Positions 45,758 through 56,386 of a DNA stretch of 64,000 nt are shown here, one piece after another. The stretch's first letter is position 1; each line of letters starts with the position of its first letter. Below the pieces are notes generated by a model. The model worked only from the letters and a program-made list of their open reading frames with translations, searched no databases and was not told where the DNA came from. The DNA is taken from the NCBI GenBank assembly GCA_963840855.1, contig CAWJBB010000001.1, positions 37,013 to 101,012 on the forward strand. The letters run 5' to 3'. This DNA is from an uncultured delta proteobacterium. Its GTDB lineage: Bacteria; Desulfobacterota; Binatia; UBA9968. Made by a program: the position numbers and the translations under genes.

Positions 45758-46792
45758 ATGCTCGTAAGCCGAAGTGCTAAGAATCGACACACTCCCATGC
45801 CGCAACCTAACCAACCGAAGACTCCACCCGGCACGAAGCGAATCATCATATTCGACACGAATGCGTATCGGGAACTGACATTCGGTCTATCTCTGAATGA
45901 TGCTCGTGCGAAGGCTCTCCAACTCCGCCAGCTTGAGCAGAGCGTCGGGACTTTCGTCTTGGCAAATCCAATAGTCATTTGGGAGTTGATTGGGCATTTG
46001 GGCGCTACCAGCGATCCGGCTTACCGCTATTGCCTCAACGCCCTTGTCGCGTTGGCCGAGCACACTTGGTCTCCGGGCGACCCAAACCGAGGTATCTGTC
46101 TTTTTTCGGACGCCGAATCGACCGTATGTCGCGAGTTGTTTCACACTGTTCCGCCAAGCGCGGAGGCGAACGTCCAAAACCTCAGCAAGCTGGCTGCGTA
46201 TGTAAAACAGCAGGCGCCAAATTTAGACTCGGCCGCAGCAATCAACAACCTACAGGTCTTTTCGACAGAGCTAGCGAAACGGGAAACAGAATGGCTGATC
46301 GACATGCAAACAGTGCTCAACGACTGTGACCCAAAGTTGGCTAAAGCTTGGGTCGGAGGCAGAGATGACAGGGAGGTGCGGAAGAAGCTGCGCTCATTTT
46401 TCGGAAGCCAAGCGTTCATGAATGCTTGGGCTGCAATCACTGTAATGCGTCACGCCAACATTATTGGAGCGAAGCTCACTCCCGAAGAGCTGGCTGAGAA
46501 AGCCAAGGTTGTTCGAGATGTGTTTCCGGTTCCTTTCCATCTTATGTCGCGATTGCTGCAAAAGTTTCCGACGCCACAGCCCATAAATCTCACCAGTCCG
46601 AAAAAGAAACGAGGCAATTTCATGTGGGATGCGGCCATCTGTTTTTCCATTGGAGCTTTCCACGAGGTAGACGGCGCCCCGATGTTTCTCGTGACAGGCG
46701 ATACTGATATCAAAGATGCTGCGATCGCCACCAATTGTTCAAACTGCGTTATTTCACTTACAGATTACCTCCAAAGTGCTGGGTTGCCATGA
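45758..46792 (+). CDS. Hypothetical protein with a PIN-like fold and large insertion
   Basis: IIFDTNAY, WEL, WDAAI, LVTGD acidic motifs. Confidence 0.6.
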   Translation: MLVSRSAKNRHTPMPQPNQPKTPPGTKRIIIFDTNAYRELTFGLSLNDARAKALQLRQLEQSVGTFVLANPIVIWELIGHLGATSDPAYRYCLNALVALAEHTWSPGDPNRGICLFSDAESTVCRELFHTVPPSAEANVQNLSKLAAYVKQQAPNLDSAAAINNLQVFSTELAKRETEWLIDMQTVLNDCDPKLAKAWVGGRDDREVRKKLRSFFGSQAFMNAWAAITVMRHANIIGAKLTPEELAEKAKVVRDVFPVPFHLMSRLLQKFPTPQPINLTSPKKKRGNFMWDAAICFSIGAFHEVDGAPMFLVTGDTDIKDAAIATNCSNCVISLTDYLQSAGLP

Positions 46793-46867
46793 TATGATCG
46801 TCCTCGTTACGAGGAGCAACGAGCCCCAGGGGTAAAAACAGCAAAAGTAAAGATGCGACTCTTTTGC

Positions 46868-47024
46868 CTACGTTTTTGTCTCCATGAAAATATTACGACG
46901 GGATTGGCCGCGGTTCATGATGTGATAGAACGCCCCGGGATATTCGATCCGAAGAGGTCTGGCCATGGCGATCGTTTATTTCATGGAAAATCTCCCGTCA
47001 ATAGCTAAAATCGGACTTGACCCC
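46868..47024 (-). pseudogene. 5' remnant of a RAYT/Y1 transposase with its left end
   Basis: MARPLRIEYPGAFYHIMNRGQSRRNIF from ATG 46966; GGGGTCAAGTCC begins 58 bp upstream (61 bp in the intact element). Confidence 0.8.
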
Positions 47025-47036
47025 TTTATCGAACCT

Positions 47037-48407
47037 CTACACTTTGCTCAGGTCGCGCATCAATTCATGTTCAGCCTCCAGAACGCCCTTGAAGGTCTTG
47101 AGTAGATCTTCCGACCTTTGTTCTACCAGCCGGGTTGAGGGGATCCGCACATCCACATGGAAGTAAGCGTACTGTAGGAAATTGTCGATGTCCTCCCACT
47201 TAGGAAATCGGCCCTGTCCATCAATCTGAATGTAACCTCGCTGCAGGTTCTCCTTGATCTCCGGTGCAAACCTCCCCTGGATGACGGTCTTCGGCACCCG
47301 GTCGAAGGCGTTCAAGGTCCGGTCCCCGAACGTTTCCACGAACGCCTCGTAACCAGCGGGATACGCGTGGACGCCCCGAAGATCACCAAGCCAAGCTGTC
47401 CGAAAACGGCTGTGACGGAAATAGGCGTGGATCCGGAGTACGATCAAGAAGTTAGGGTCTACCGACGCACGCAGCCGATCGAGCAGCTGCCGCAATTCAC
47501 TCGGGTTGGCCAGGATATAGTCCCGGAGTCGTTGCGCCCTCCACATCTTCCCGCTCCCACACACGACGCCGCAGTTCACGCCGTGCTCAGCCATCTCGAC
47601 CCACACGTTCTCGTGCGGCACATCCTCGAAGTAGAGCTTCCAGTCGTTGCCGTACTCTCTGAGTCCGATCTCGGCTCCCAATGAGTTCGCCATCTGCCTG
47701 AGGAACTTATTCAGTTTCCCATGGTTCGGCTGCCCGTCTTCTTGCGTGGTGAAGTCACCTGGCTGAAACCCGAGGAACTCCACGAGCTTGAGCCAGTCGA
47801 GATACTGGACAAACTCCAAAGCGACAAACCGCTCCCGCTCGCCAACGCTCTGCCGTGCCACCCGCTGCAGAAAGTCAGCGATCTCGGTCCACGTGACCTC
47901 CACAAACACTTGGTCGATCGACGTAGATTCCTGAACGAAGAAGGCTCGAAAGTGCCTTTGAATCTGTTCTCGATACAGGCTGTCGGCCAGCTTGATCTCG
48001 AAAATCGCAGTGATTTCGTTTGCCGTATCGGAGACGAGAGCGTCGGGTCTCGCACCACCTAGGGTATTAGGCGTCGCGTCGAAGGTTGGTGCCTGTATCC
48101 CCGAGTAGTTCACTCCGACAATGACACCGTTCGTTGCGTCAAGGCGGTCGCCCTGGTCGTCGGGAGGCGTAACCTGCAAGTCGAACTCGAAGGTACCCTC
48201 GACCAGTAGCCGAACGCGCTCACGCAAGGGAGCCTGCGCATTCCTAAGGATGACATCACGCATGAAGAGCCGGAGGTGGACCGGGGCAAGGTTTCGAAGG
48301 GTGAGAACCAGAGCTCGGGTGACGTTATCTTCCAGGTGTCGGGTCTGGTAGGTATAAAAGAGATTCAAGTGGCGATCCCCGGTTCCTTGCTGTCTGAACT
48401 CGTCCAT
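47037..48407 (-). CDS. Hypothetical protein with an N-terminal PD-(D/E)XK-like nuclease motif
   Basis: EDNVT, RPDALV...FEIK...EQIQRH. Confidence 0.6.
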   Translation of the reverse strand: MDEFRQQGTGDRHLNLFYTYQTRHLEDNVTRALVLTLRNLAPVHLRLFMRDVILRNAQAPLRERVRLLVEGTFEFDLQVTPPDDQGDRLDATNGVIVGVNYSGIQAPTFDATPNTLGGARPDALVSDTANEITAIFEIKLADSLYREQIQRHFRAFFVQESTSIDQVFVEVTWTEIADFLQRVARQSVGERERFVALEFVQYLDWLKLVEFLGFQPGDFTTQEDGQPNHGKLNKFLRQMANSLGAEIGLREYGNDWKLYFEDVPHENVWVEMAEHGVNCGVVCGSGKMWRAQRLRDYILANPSELRQLLDRLRASVDPNFLIVLRIHAYFRHSRFRTAWLGDLRGVHAYPAGYEAFVETFGDRTLNAFDRVPKTVIQGRFAPEIKENLQRGYIQIDGQGRFPKWEDIDNFLQYAYFHVDVRIPSTRLVEQRSEDLLKTFKGVLEAEHELMRDLSKV

Positions 48408-48455
48408 CGTTACCCTCCCGCCAGTTGTCGCAACGTTTCTGCTTCAAATACCTCT

Positions 48456-49192
48456 CTATATCACCCGACCGGCCATCGCCAACGAACGGCTCAAGCGTAA
48501 TCGCGCCGGCCAAGTCGTGCTGCAACTAAAGAGTCCGTACAAAGACGGCACCACCCATATCGTCATGGAGCCGCTGGAGTTCATGGAGCGCCTGGCGGCC
48601 CTGGTGCCGCGGCCGCGCTTACATCTGATTCGCTTCCATGGCGTACTGGCGCCCAACGCGAAGTTGCGCAGTAAAATCGTTCCCACTCCGGCAGAGCGTG
48701 CCACCGCGCCCCCGACCGATCACGCCCCTGCCCAGAGAGAGACGCCGCGCATGAGCTGGGCCCGGCTGCTCAAACGGGTCTTCGACATCGACATCGAACA
48801 CTGCCCGAACTGCGGCGGCGCTTTGAAGATCATCGCCTGTCCTGAGCCTCGTCGAAGGGCCGCCATCGAAGATCCGCCGGTGATCATCAAGATCCTCAGC
48901 CATCTCGGCCTACCGACCCGCGCCCCGCCGCGTGCCCCAGCTCGCCGAGTCGATCTATTCCAGACAATCTGAGGACCCGAAAACCGCTTGCCGACGCAAG
49001 CCGACGGCGCCGCTCGCTCTGAGTTCGAGCGAGCGCCGTGATCCGGCACACTTCGCGCGCCTCCGACCGCTGCGCCGCCCGAGCCGGCCGAAGCAACATC
49101 GGGATTTTCATCAAACAGAAAGACGATTGACATCCTACCGGTCCGGCGATATTGCTCAGGCCAGAAAAAAAGGTGGTTTAAAATTGCTATAC
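48456..49192 (+). mobile_element. ISCR/IS91-like oriIS end, copy 4 (about 737 bp, divergent tail)
   Basis: Starts YITRPAIANERL; ends GGTTTAAAATTGCTATAC. Confidence 0.88.
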
Positions 49193-49424
49193 AGAACGTC
49201 AACGAGATGGCCAAGCTTGCCCCCGTTTGATCCTTGGGTCTCTACGGAGCATCGCGTGCAACAGGCCGTCGTTAGTGAGGGTTAGTTAGTAGACTTAGGC
49301 AAGTCTGACACGGCTGAGAACGGATGTTAACTGTCAACAAAAGATTTGACCCATACGTTTTCAACAGGTTACGACGGGTAAGCGACGGGGCGAAGAAATA
49401 AGGCAATACGAAAGCCAGAGACCC

Positions 49425-50402
49425 TCACCCCACCCTCACGCACGCTGATTCTGCCTTCAGGTCGCGGAGCAATCGGTCCAACTCTTTCTTGTATGAGGCG
49501 TGGTCGAAGTGCCAACGGCTGAAATCTGGGATGTAATATTCACGAATCTCCCGCGCAGAATCTTTGCCGATATCGGCATCAAACGACTTCCATTTTTTAA
49601 TCCGTGAAAAATTTACTAGAGTAATCGGAAACAAGACCCGGCGGGCTTGCTCCTTCTCCTTTTGTCGTGCATAGGCTATTTCAGATTTCACCCATTCACT
49701 AGCCATGCTCGCGTTAGAAAGAATCAACAACAGCTTGTCGTAAATGCGTATCGCAGCGTCAATCTGTTCGTGTATCTTTTTCCCGCCTTGAATGTCATGG
49801 GGAGCGAACCAGCAGCGCACTCCTTTGTTTTGTAGATCAGCATAAAGCCGGTCGGCAAATTCTTGGTCTTTGGTCGAGTAGCTGATGAAGCAAGAAGAAT
49901 AATCTAACACCACTCCGACGAAGGATTTCATGTACTCAATGAAGCGTTCGGGAACGCCGGCGCCCCGTAGAAAGTCCTCTGGAATGTTCCCATTGGATTT
50001 ATAGATTGTGTCGATATCCACGAAAGAAGGGCCATAATGAATCACTGACTTTAGTCCAGTCACGCTCCTAAGATCCAGCGAAGCTAGGATCGTGTGGAAC
50101 ATCTTTGCCCGCCTGAAGTTCGCCCCGCCAATATTTGCCCCGCTGAGGTTTGCCCCGCTGAGGCTAGCACCACTGAGTTTTGCGCCACTTACGTCCGCCC
50201 CTCGAAGGTCCGCGTCGTTGAGATTCACATCGTTGAGCATCGCATTGCTCAGGCGAACGCGGCGAAGATCCGCCCGACGCAGGTCTTCTCGGCGGAGGTC
50301 CGCCCCGCGCAGATCGGGTCGTGTGAAAACGTGACGCTGCCTCCACGCATTCCAAGCGCTAACTCCTTTTTGGAGTTTCTCAAGATGCTCTGGATTAGCC
50401 AT
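49425..50402 (-). CDS. Pentapeptide-repeat plus TIR-domain protein
   Basis: A(D/N)LxG repeats; CFISYS, WVKSEI with the catalytic Glu. Confidence 0.9.
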   Translation of the reverse strand: MANPEHLEKLQKGVSAWNAWRQRHVFTRPDLRGADLRREDLRRADLRRVRLSNAMLNDVNLNDADLRGADVSGAKLSGASLSGANLSGANIGGANFRRAKMFHTILASLDLRSVTGLKSVIHYGPSFVDIDTIYKSNGNIPEDFLRGAGVPERFIEYMKSFVGVVLDYSSCFISYSTKDQEFADRLYADLQNKGVRCWFAPHDIQGGKKIHEQIDAAIRIYDKLLLILSNASMASEWVKSEIAYARQKEKEQARRVLFPITLVNFSRIKKWKSFDADIGKDSAREIREYYIPDFSRWHFDHASYKKELDRLLRDLKAESACVRVG

Positions 50403-50686
50403 ATGTCAGCAATTCATTGAACGTATGGTAGCCGCCCTATTATTTAAATATGATTTTGTTCGACAATGAACAACTTGGTCTTTCCGAGACATAATTTTAA
50501 CGCGCTAACATGACCGCTCATTCCCGCATCGGATTCAGAATAAGTCAAGCCATGAGGGTCTACCATGGGAATTTAGCAGGTAGCAGGATTTAAAAGAATC
50601 CTGTAAAGGAGTACCGGGTTGGACCCGTGCAATGAATTGATTCAGCGAGATAAGATTGCAGAATAGGAGCGACCCCAAAGCTTAGC

Positions 50687-51442
50687 TGCGGCGGTGCGCT
50701 GGCGCGCCGATCAGCGTGTGGAACTGGAGCAGCTCTGCCGCTATATCACCCGGCCGGCCATCGCCAACGAACGGCTCAAACGTAACCGCGCCGGCCAAGT
50801 CGTGCTGCAACTGAAGAGTCCTTACAAAGACGGCACCACCCATATCGTCATGGAGCCGCTAGAGTTCATGGAGCGCCTGGCGGCCCTGGTGCCCCGCCCG
50901 CGTTTACATCTGATCCGCTTCCATGGAGTTTTGGCGCCCAACGCGAAGTTGCGCAGTAAAATCGTTCCCGCTCCGGCACAGCGTGCCACCGAGCCGCCGA
51001 CCGATCACGCCCAAGGTCAGGGAGAGACACCGCGCATGAGCTGGGTCCGACTGCTCAAACGCGTCTTCGATATCGACGTGAAACACTGCCCGAACTGCGG
51101 CGGCGTCTTGAAGATCATCGCCGCGATTGAAGATCCGCCGGTGATCGACAAGATCCTCAGCCATCTCGGCCTACCGACCCGCGCCCCGGCTCGCCGATTC
51201 GATCTATTTCCAAACGATCTGAACAAAGCAAAACCGCCTGCCAACGCAAGCCGATGGCGCCGCTCGCTTGGAGTTCGACCGAGCGGTTCCCTAAGGAACC
51301 TTTCGCGCGCCTCCCGACCGCTCTCCGGCCGAGCCGCCGGTACAAAAGTGGGTTTTTTATCAAGCAGAAAAGGAATTGACCTCTCTCCCGGTTCTGCGAT
51401 ATGACTCCGGCCATAGAAAAAGGTCGTTTAAAAATACTATCC
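50687..51442 (+). mobile_element. ISCR/IS91-like oriIS end, copy 5 (about 756 bp)
   Basis: LEQLCRYITRP...; ends CGTTTAAAAATACTATCC. Confidence 0.88.
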
Positions 51443-51550
51443 AGAGTGCAAAAAGCAACTTCCTATCATCTGTCGGACAAATGTCGAGCGATGTATTCTA
51501 AAGAGTAGTTTATCTATCGGTAACCAAGTCGGTTAAGGAGGTCCGGAATA

Positions 51551-51871
51551 ATGGAAGAGAACAGAACCGAGATCGTACCCGTGATCTTGGAGAGTGGTAT
51601 AACTCTACGCCTAGAAGCGAGAATACTCGGTGCCGGCAGAGAAGAGGTTGGCGTAATTGAGGCTCGGCCTTTTAAAGAACTCACTGATTCGATCGAGGCT
51701 ATCGCTGTCACATTGGGAGAGAGCCTTAAGAGAATCAAGCCAAACAAAGCCACGGTTGAGTTCGGAGTCGAGGTTGGTATCGAGTCCGGTCAGTTGACAG
51801 CGCTCATCTGCAAGGGATCGGGTAAGGCCAATCTTAAGGTAACGCTGGAATTTACCGCGCCGTCTGCTTGA
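51551..51871 (+). CDS. Trypsin-co-occurring domain protein (Trypco1 / CU044_2847-like)
   Basis: PNKATVEFGVEV...GKANLKVTLEF; directly upstream of a trypsin gene. Confidence 0.82.
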   Translation: MEENRTEIVPVILESGITLRLEARILGAGREEVGVIEARPFKELTDSIEAIAVTLGESLKRIKPNKATVEFGVEVGIESGQLTALICKGSGKANLKVTLEFTAPSA

Positions 51872-51889
51872 CGCTCGAGGTTAGGGGGG

Positions 51890-54800
51890 ATGGGCGATCC
51901 GCTTGACCTATTGATCCGCAAGTGCTGCGCCAAGCTACGCGGTGCCGAGCAAGGTGCTGGTTTTTTTGTAGCACCGGGCTTGATGCTGACCTGCGCGCAT
52001 GTCGTTGGCAGGAATCGTCTACCGGGCGATGAGAATTCACAAGTTACGCTTTCGAGCGGAACCACGACGAACGGCCGCCTGAAATCAATCTTTCCCAAAG
52101 CGGATTTGGCGTTATTGGAGGTCACCGCCGGTAACCATCCGTGTGTCATCCTTGGCCAAGAAGTGTGGCCAAACGAGCAGCTCCTTATCGTGGGCTTTCC
52201 AGTTTATGATAATAATATCGGTGCCGAGTGCGATAGTCTTACCGCCGAATATGATGGTAGAACTGAGTCGTCCGGGTCTGAGGCTGGACAGTTCCTCCTC
52301 AAATTCAAGGAGAATCTCGTAGTTGGCGGCTTCAGTGGGGGCCCGCTTCTGAATCTTCATACGGGTCATGTTATCGGGATCGTCACGACAACGCGAGGCA
52401 GAAACTCAGCTGTAGGTGGTTGGGCAATTCCCAGCGAGCTTATTGCTGCAAAACTCCCGGACGTACCTGAACGCAATACTGCGTATGCCGCGCAGACTGG
52501 ACTTTGGAACGAGGCTCTGGAAGAGCGGCTGAGCTTGCTGGGTGATCGGGTGCCCTATCCGCAGCCGAAGCTGCGACGACACGATTCTCAAGGGCTTAAC
52601 CGCTTTTACTACGGTGCGAGGGTAATTCCGCTTTTGGGACGCGATAAAGAGATGGAAATACTCGAAGGCTTCCTTGCCGATAAGCGCCCATTTCTTTGGT
52701 GCCTGGTAACTGGCCCGGGCGGCCTGGGTAAGAGTCGCTTGGCGTTAGAATTGTGCTTGCGTCACAAGATTCCTTGGCGGTCAGGCTTTCTCGACCAAAC
52801 TGACGATTTCAAATTTCGCACTTGGCGGCCAAATCGGCCCACATTAATGGTAGTCGACTACGCCGCGGCCCGGGCGGACGAATTAGGGGAGTTAGCGCGG
52901 TCCCTCCACGAGCGTAGGCGAGAACTGCGCTTACCAGTGCGACTGCTGCTATTGGAGCGAGACAAAGGGGAAGGAAAAGAGCGGTGGTTCGACCGATTTT
53001 TGGGGATTGGTAGCAGCACTAAGCTCGATGCTACAGAGGCCGCTCAATATCCCGCGCCACGCAAAGACCCACTTGAACTGGGTATGCTCACCGCGGACGA
53101 TCTTTGGGTGCTAATTAAATTCGCATTGCACGAATCGAAGCGGCCCATTCCTGATCAAACACAAACTCTGGAGCAACTCCACAAAATCGATCCTTTGAGA
53201 CGCCCCTTGTTTGCCGCCCTCTTTGCGGATGCTATCGCTGCAGGAAGAGACCCGCGGCAATGGAATCGGGAAGCTCTGATACGAGACGTACTGTCGCGTG
53301 ACGAAGAAAATTATTGGAAACCCGCTGGGATCACTAAGAACGACAAGGATTTACTCGCATTGGCGACGCTTTGTGGTGGCATCGATCGCAAGAACCTTCC
53401 GGAGGAACTGTATAGCAAGTTGACCGAGTTTTCGTCCAAACGATACCGGGTGATGTCAGGAAAACGTACGAATGATCGCCTAGATCCATTGGAACCGGAT
53501 ATTCCCGGGGAAATGTTTGTGCTTGACCATCTAGGTTCAGATGATGGCGAAACGAGGGCGGATTGGGCACGGCAGGTTGCATGGAATATAAACCCGCCCG
53601 GCATGTTCAAGTTTCTCACCCGTGCTGGCAAGGATTTTCCCGACCACAAAACCCTGCGCGTTCTCAGCCACCCAGCGAAGCAAACTGCTGCGACACGGAT
53701 TTGGTGGTCGACAGCGGCCCTTAACATGAACGATAGCTATGGCGCTTCGGGCCAGTTCGAGGCAGCCCACACCTTGTACAGTGAGCTGCGCAGGCTTGCT
53801 GCGGAGCATCCGGACGAACCGGTACTACGTCTGCGGCAAGCCCAAGCGGCCTACAACCTAGTCGTCTATGGCAAATCCAGTCAGCCGGCCACAGCCCCCA
53901 CCATGTACAGTGAGTTGCGCAAGCTTGCTGCTGAGCATCCGAACGAACGGGTACTACGTGAAATCCAGTCCCAAGTGGTCGACAAGCTAATCCTCCATCA
54001 CGGTGCAGCCGGTCAGCTGGCCACAGCCCACACCTTGTACGACGAGCTGCGCAAGCTTGTTGCGGAGCATGTGGAGGAGCCTATACTACGTGCGCTGCAA
54101 GCCGACAGCGCCATGGCCCTGATCGCAGTTTACGGCAATGCCGGTTCGCGAGGGACGGTCCACGCCTTATATGACGATGTGCGCAAGCTTGCTGCCGACC
54201 ATCCGGATGAACCTGAGCTCCGTGATTCACAAGCCCGTGCGTGCGTCAACCTCATCGTATTTTACAGCAAGGCGCGTGAGCTGCGGGCGGCCCGTGCCTT
54301 GTACAACGAGCTGCGCAAGCTTGTTGCGGAGCATACAGACGAACCGGCTCTCCATGAGCCGCAAGCCCGTGCGATCGTATACCTGATCAATGGCTACAGC
54401 GACGCAGGTCAACCGAAGTCGGCGCGCGCGCTATACGAAGAACTGCGAAAGCTTGTGGCTAAGCATAAGAATGAACCCGCACTGCGCGATCGGCAGGCCG
54501 GTGCAGCTGCCAATTTGATCAAGGGGTATGGCAATACGGGTCAGCTGAACGAGGCTCGCATTTTATACGATAATCTGTGCCAACTAGCCGCTAAGCATGG
54601 CGACCAACCGGGAGTGCGTGAGGCGCGAGCTCAGGCAGCCCACAACCTTGTCATCTTTTACGGCAAAGCCGGTCAGCTGGCAACAGGCCACACCTTGTAC
54701 GATGAGCTAAGCCAGCTTGCTGCGGAACATACCTACGAACCGGTACTGCGCGAAATGCAGGCCCTAGCGGCCTACAATCTAATCTTCTACTACGGCAAAG

Positions 54801-54913
54801 CCGGTGAGCGGGGCACAGCCCAAACCTTGTACAATCAGCTGTCCAAGCTTGCTGCGGAGCATCCGAACGAACCGGTACTACGTGAAATCCAGTCCCAAGC
54901 TCCGACGGCGTGA
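51890..54913 (+). CDS. Trypsin-like protease + P-loop NTPase + TPR-like repeats
   Basis: TCAHV, DLALL, GFSGGP triad; GPGGLGKS and VVDY; about nine 44-aa repeats. Confidence 0.88.
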   Translation: MGDPLDLLIRKCCAKLRGAEQGAGFFVAPGLMLTCAHVVGRNRLPGDENSQVTLSSGTTTNGRLKSIFPKADLALLEVTAGNHPCVILGQEVWPNEQLLIVGFPVYDNNIGAECDSLTAEYDGRTESSGSEAGQFLLKFKENLVVGGFSGGPLLNLHTGHVIGIVTTTRGRNSAVGGWAIPSELIAAKLPDVPERNTAYAAQTGLWNEALEERLSLLGDRVPYPQPKLRRHDSQGLNRFYYGARVIPLLGRDKEMEILEGFLADKRPFLWCLVTGPGGLGKSRLALELCLRHKIPWRSGFLDQTDDFKFRTWRPNRPTLMVVDYAAARADELGELARSLHERRRELRLPVRLLLLERDKGEGKERWFDRFLGIGSSTKLDATEAAQYPAPRKDPLELGMLTADDLWVLIKFALHESKRPIPDQTQTLEQLHKIDPLRRPLFAALFADAIAAGRDPRQWNREALIRDVLSRDEENYWKPAGITKNDKDLLALATLCGGIDRKNLPEELYSKLTEFSSKRYRVMSGKRTNDRLDPLEPDIPGEMFVLDHLGSDDGETRADWARQVAWNINPPGMFKFLTRAGKDFPDHKTLRVLSHPAKQTAATRIWWSTAALNMNDSYGASGQFEAAHTLYSELRRLAAEHPDEPVLRLRQAQAAYNLVVYGKSSQPATAPTMYSELRKLAAEHPNERVLREIQSQVVDKLILHHGAAGQLATAHTLYDELRKLVAEHVEEPILRALQADSAMALIAVYGNAGSRGTVHALYDDVRKLAADHPDEPELRDSQARACVNLIVFYSKARELRAARALYNELRKLVAEHTDEPALHEPQARAIVYLINGYSDAGQPKSARALYEELRKLVAKHKNEPALRDRQAGAAANLIKGYGNTGQLNEARILYDNLCQLAAKHGDQPGVREARAQAAHNLVIFYGKAGQLATGHTLYDELSQLAAEHTYEPVLREMQALAAYNLIFYYGKAGERGTAQTLYNQLSKLAAEHPNEPVLREIQSQAPTA
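53760..54900 (+). repeat. About nine coding tandem repeats of roughly 132 bp
   Basis: Recurring LYxELRKLAAEHPxEPxLR...QA.AA.NL...YG. Confidence 0.85.
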
Positions 54914-55360
54914 TTGTTTGACCGCCTTGAACTTCTCGTTCACTAATTTGCCAATCTTCTTCCCTGGAAGTTGCGAACGGCAAGAATTGCGTGAGTCGAA
55001 AGTCATGAAAAACAATCGGGGACCGGTGTCCGAGAATCCTATTCTAAAGAACTTTGAGTGGACTGAAAGTCTCGACTATCTAATCTCTATTCCGAAAAGG
55101 AACAGGTAATAGCCGAGTTAGCGAAAGCGATGACTTCAATAACAAACGAGAGAGATTGCATTCTCCCGGAGAAAGACGAGATTTGGGAAAAGAACTGCGA
55201 ATACTTCCTCGCATATGCGAGTCATGTCCGTCGACAGTCAAAAAAGCTGAATCCCCTGACGCGTCAGAGCGCGCAGTTGTCGGATTCGTCGTCGGGTTGC
55301 GCCTCCCGAAGTTATTCGCCAGCCCACTGAATCCACTCGTAGTCGGTCACGCCTGATTCC

Positions 55361-55984
55361 CCGCTGGAGTTCATGGAGCGCCTGGCGGCCCTGGTGCCGC
55401 GGCCGCGCTTACATCTGATCCGCTTCCATGGCGTTTTGGCGCCCAACGCCAAGGTGCGCAGTAAAATCGTTCCCGCTCCGGCAGAGCGTGCCACCGAACC
55501 CCCGACCGATCACGCCCAAGGTCAGGGAGAAACGCCGCGCATGAGTTGGGCCCGACTGCTCAAAAGGGTCTTCGACATCGACATCGAATACTGCCCGAAC
55601 TGCGGCGGCGCTTTGAAGATCATCGCCTGTCCTGAGCCTCGTCGAAGGGCCGCCATCGAAGATCCGCCGGTGATCATCAACATCCTCAGCCATCTCGGCC
55701 TACGGACCCGCGCCCCGCCCCGTGCCCCAGCTCGCCGAGTCGATCTATTCCAGACAATCTGAGGACCCGAAAACCGCTTGCCAACGCAAGCCGACGGCGC
55801 CGCTCACTCTGAGTGCGAGCGAGCGGTGCGAAAAGGGACATTTCGCGCACCTCCCGACCGCTCTCCGGCCGAGCCGGAGCCGTACAACAGCGGGTTTTCT
55901 ATCAAGCAGAAAAGGAATTGACAGCTCTCGCGGTTCTGCGATATGACGCCGGTCATAGAAAAAGGTCGTTTAAAAAGACTATCC
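55361..55984 (+). mobile_element. ISCR/IS91-like oriIS end, copy 6 (about 624 bp)
   Basis: Starts PLEFMERLAALVP; ends CGTTTAAAAAGACTATCC. Confidence 0.88.
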
Positions 55985-56239
55985 ATGAGCGGTCCGAAGT
56001 GATCGGCGCCGGCAAAGAGCGGGAGCGGGTTCGGGTACGGGAGGCGATCAGCTATGTGGGGCGCCATCATACGGAGTTGTCTGTGGTTGATTTGGCCGAC
56101 AGCCTTGGAGTGGATCCGACATGCGTGAGTCGGAGCGTGGGGCGGGTGGAGCGGCGACTGGCAGCGGATCGAGGGTTGAAGAAAATGGTGGCGGATATTA
56201 GCGCCGCGGTAGAGAATAGCAAATATCAGGCTTGACCCC
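55985..56239 (+). pseudogene. 3' remnant of a RAYT/Y1 transposase with its right end
   Basis: HTH-like tail resembling the end of 58940-59896, finishing ...YQA* within CAGGCTTGACCCC. Confidence 0.75.
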
Positions 56240-56386
56240 GTCTTTTTTCCCGTCTTTTTTCTGCTTCACAAGGGCTCATATACCTCGCGACAATCTTCAC
56301 GGGGTCGGCCCCCGGAGACCGGGCTCGGTCTTCTCGGAAACGTGCTGCAGGTGAGTCTGACGTCCGATTACCGGCAGCAAAACGAC

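Noticed and set aside
45640-45760. Possible attI/attC upstream of the PIN-like gene (GTTAAAT at 45717)
   Set aside because: No convincing inverse core or stem; the heptamer is expected by chance
55813-56235. 140-aa ORF as a real gene
   Set aside because: It is a chance fusion of the ISCR tail with a RAYT C-terminal remnant
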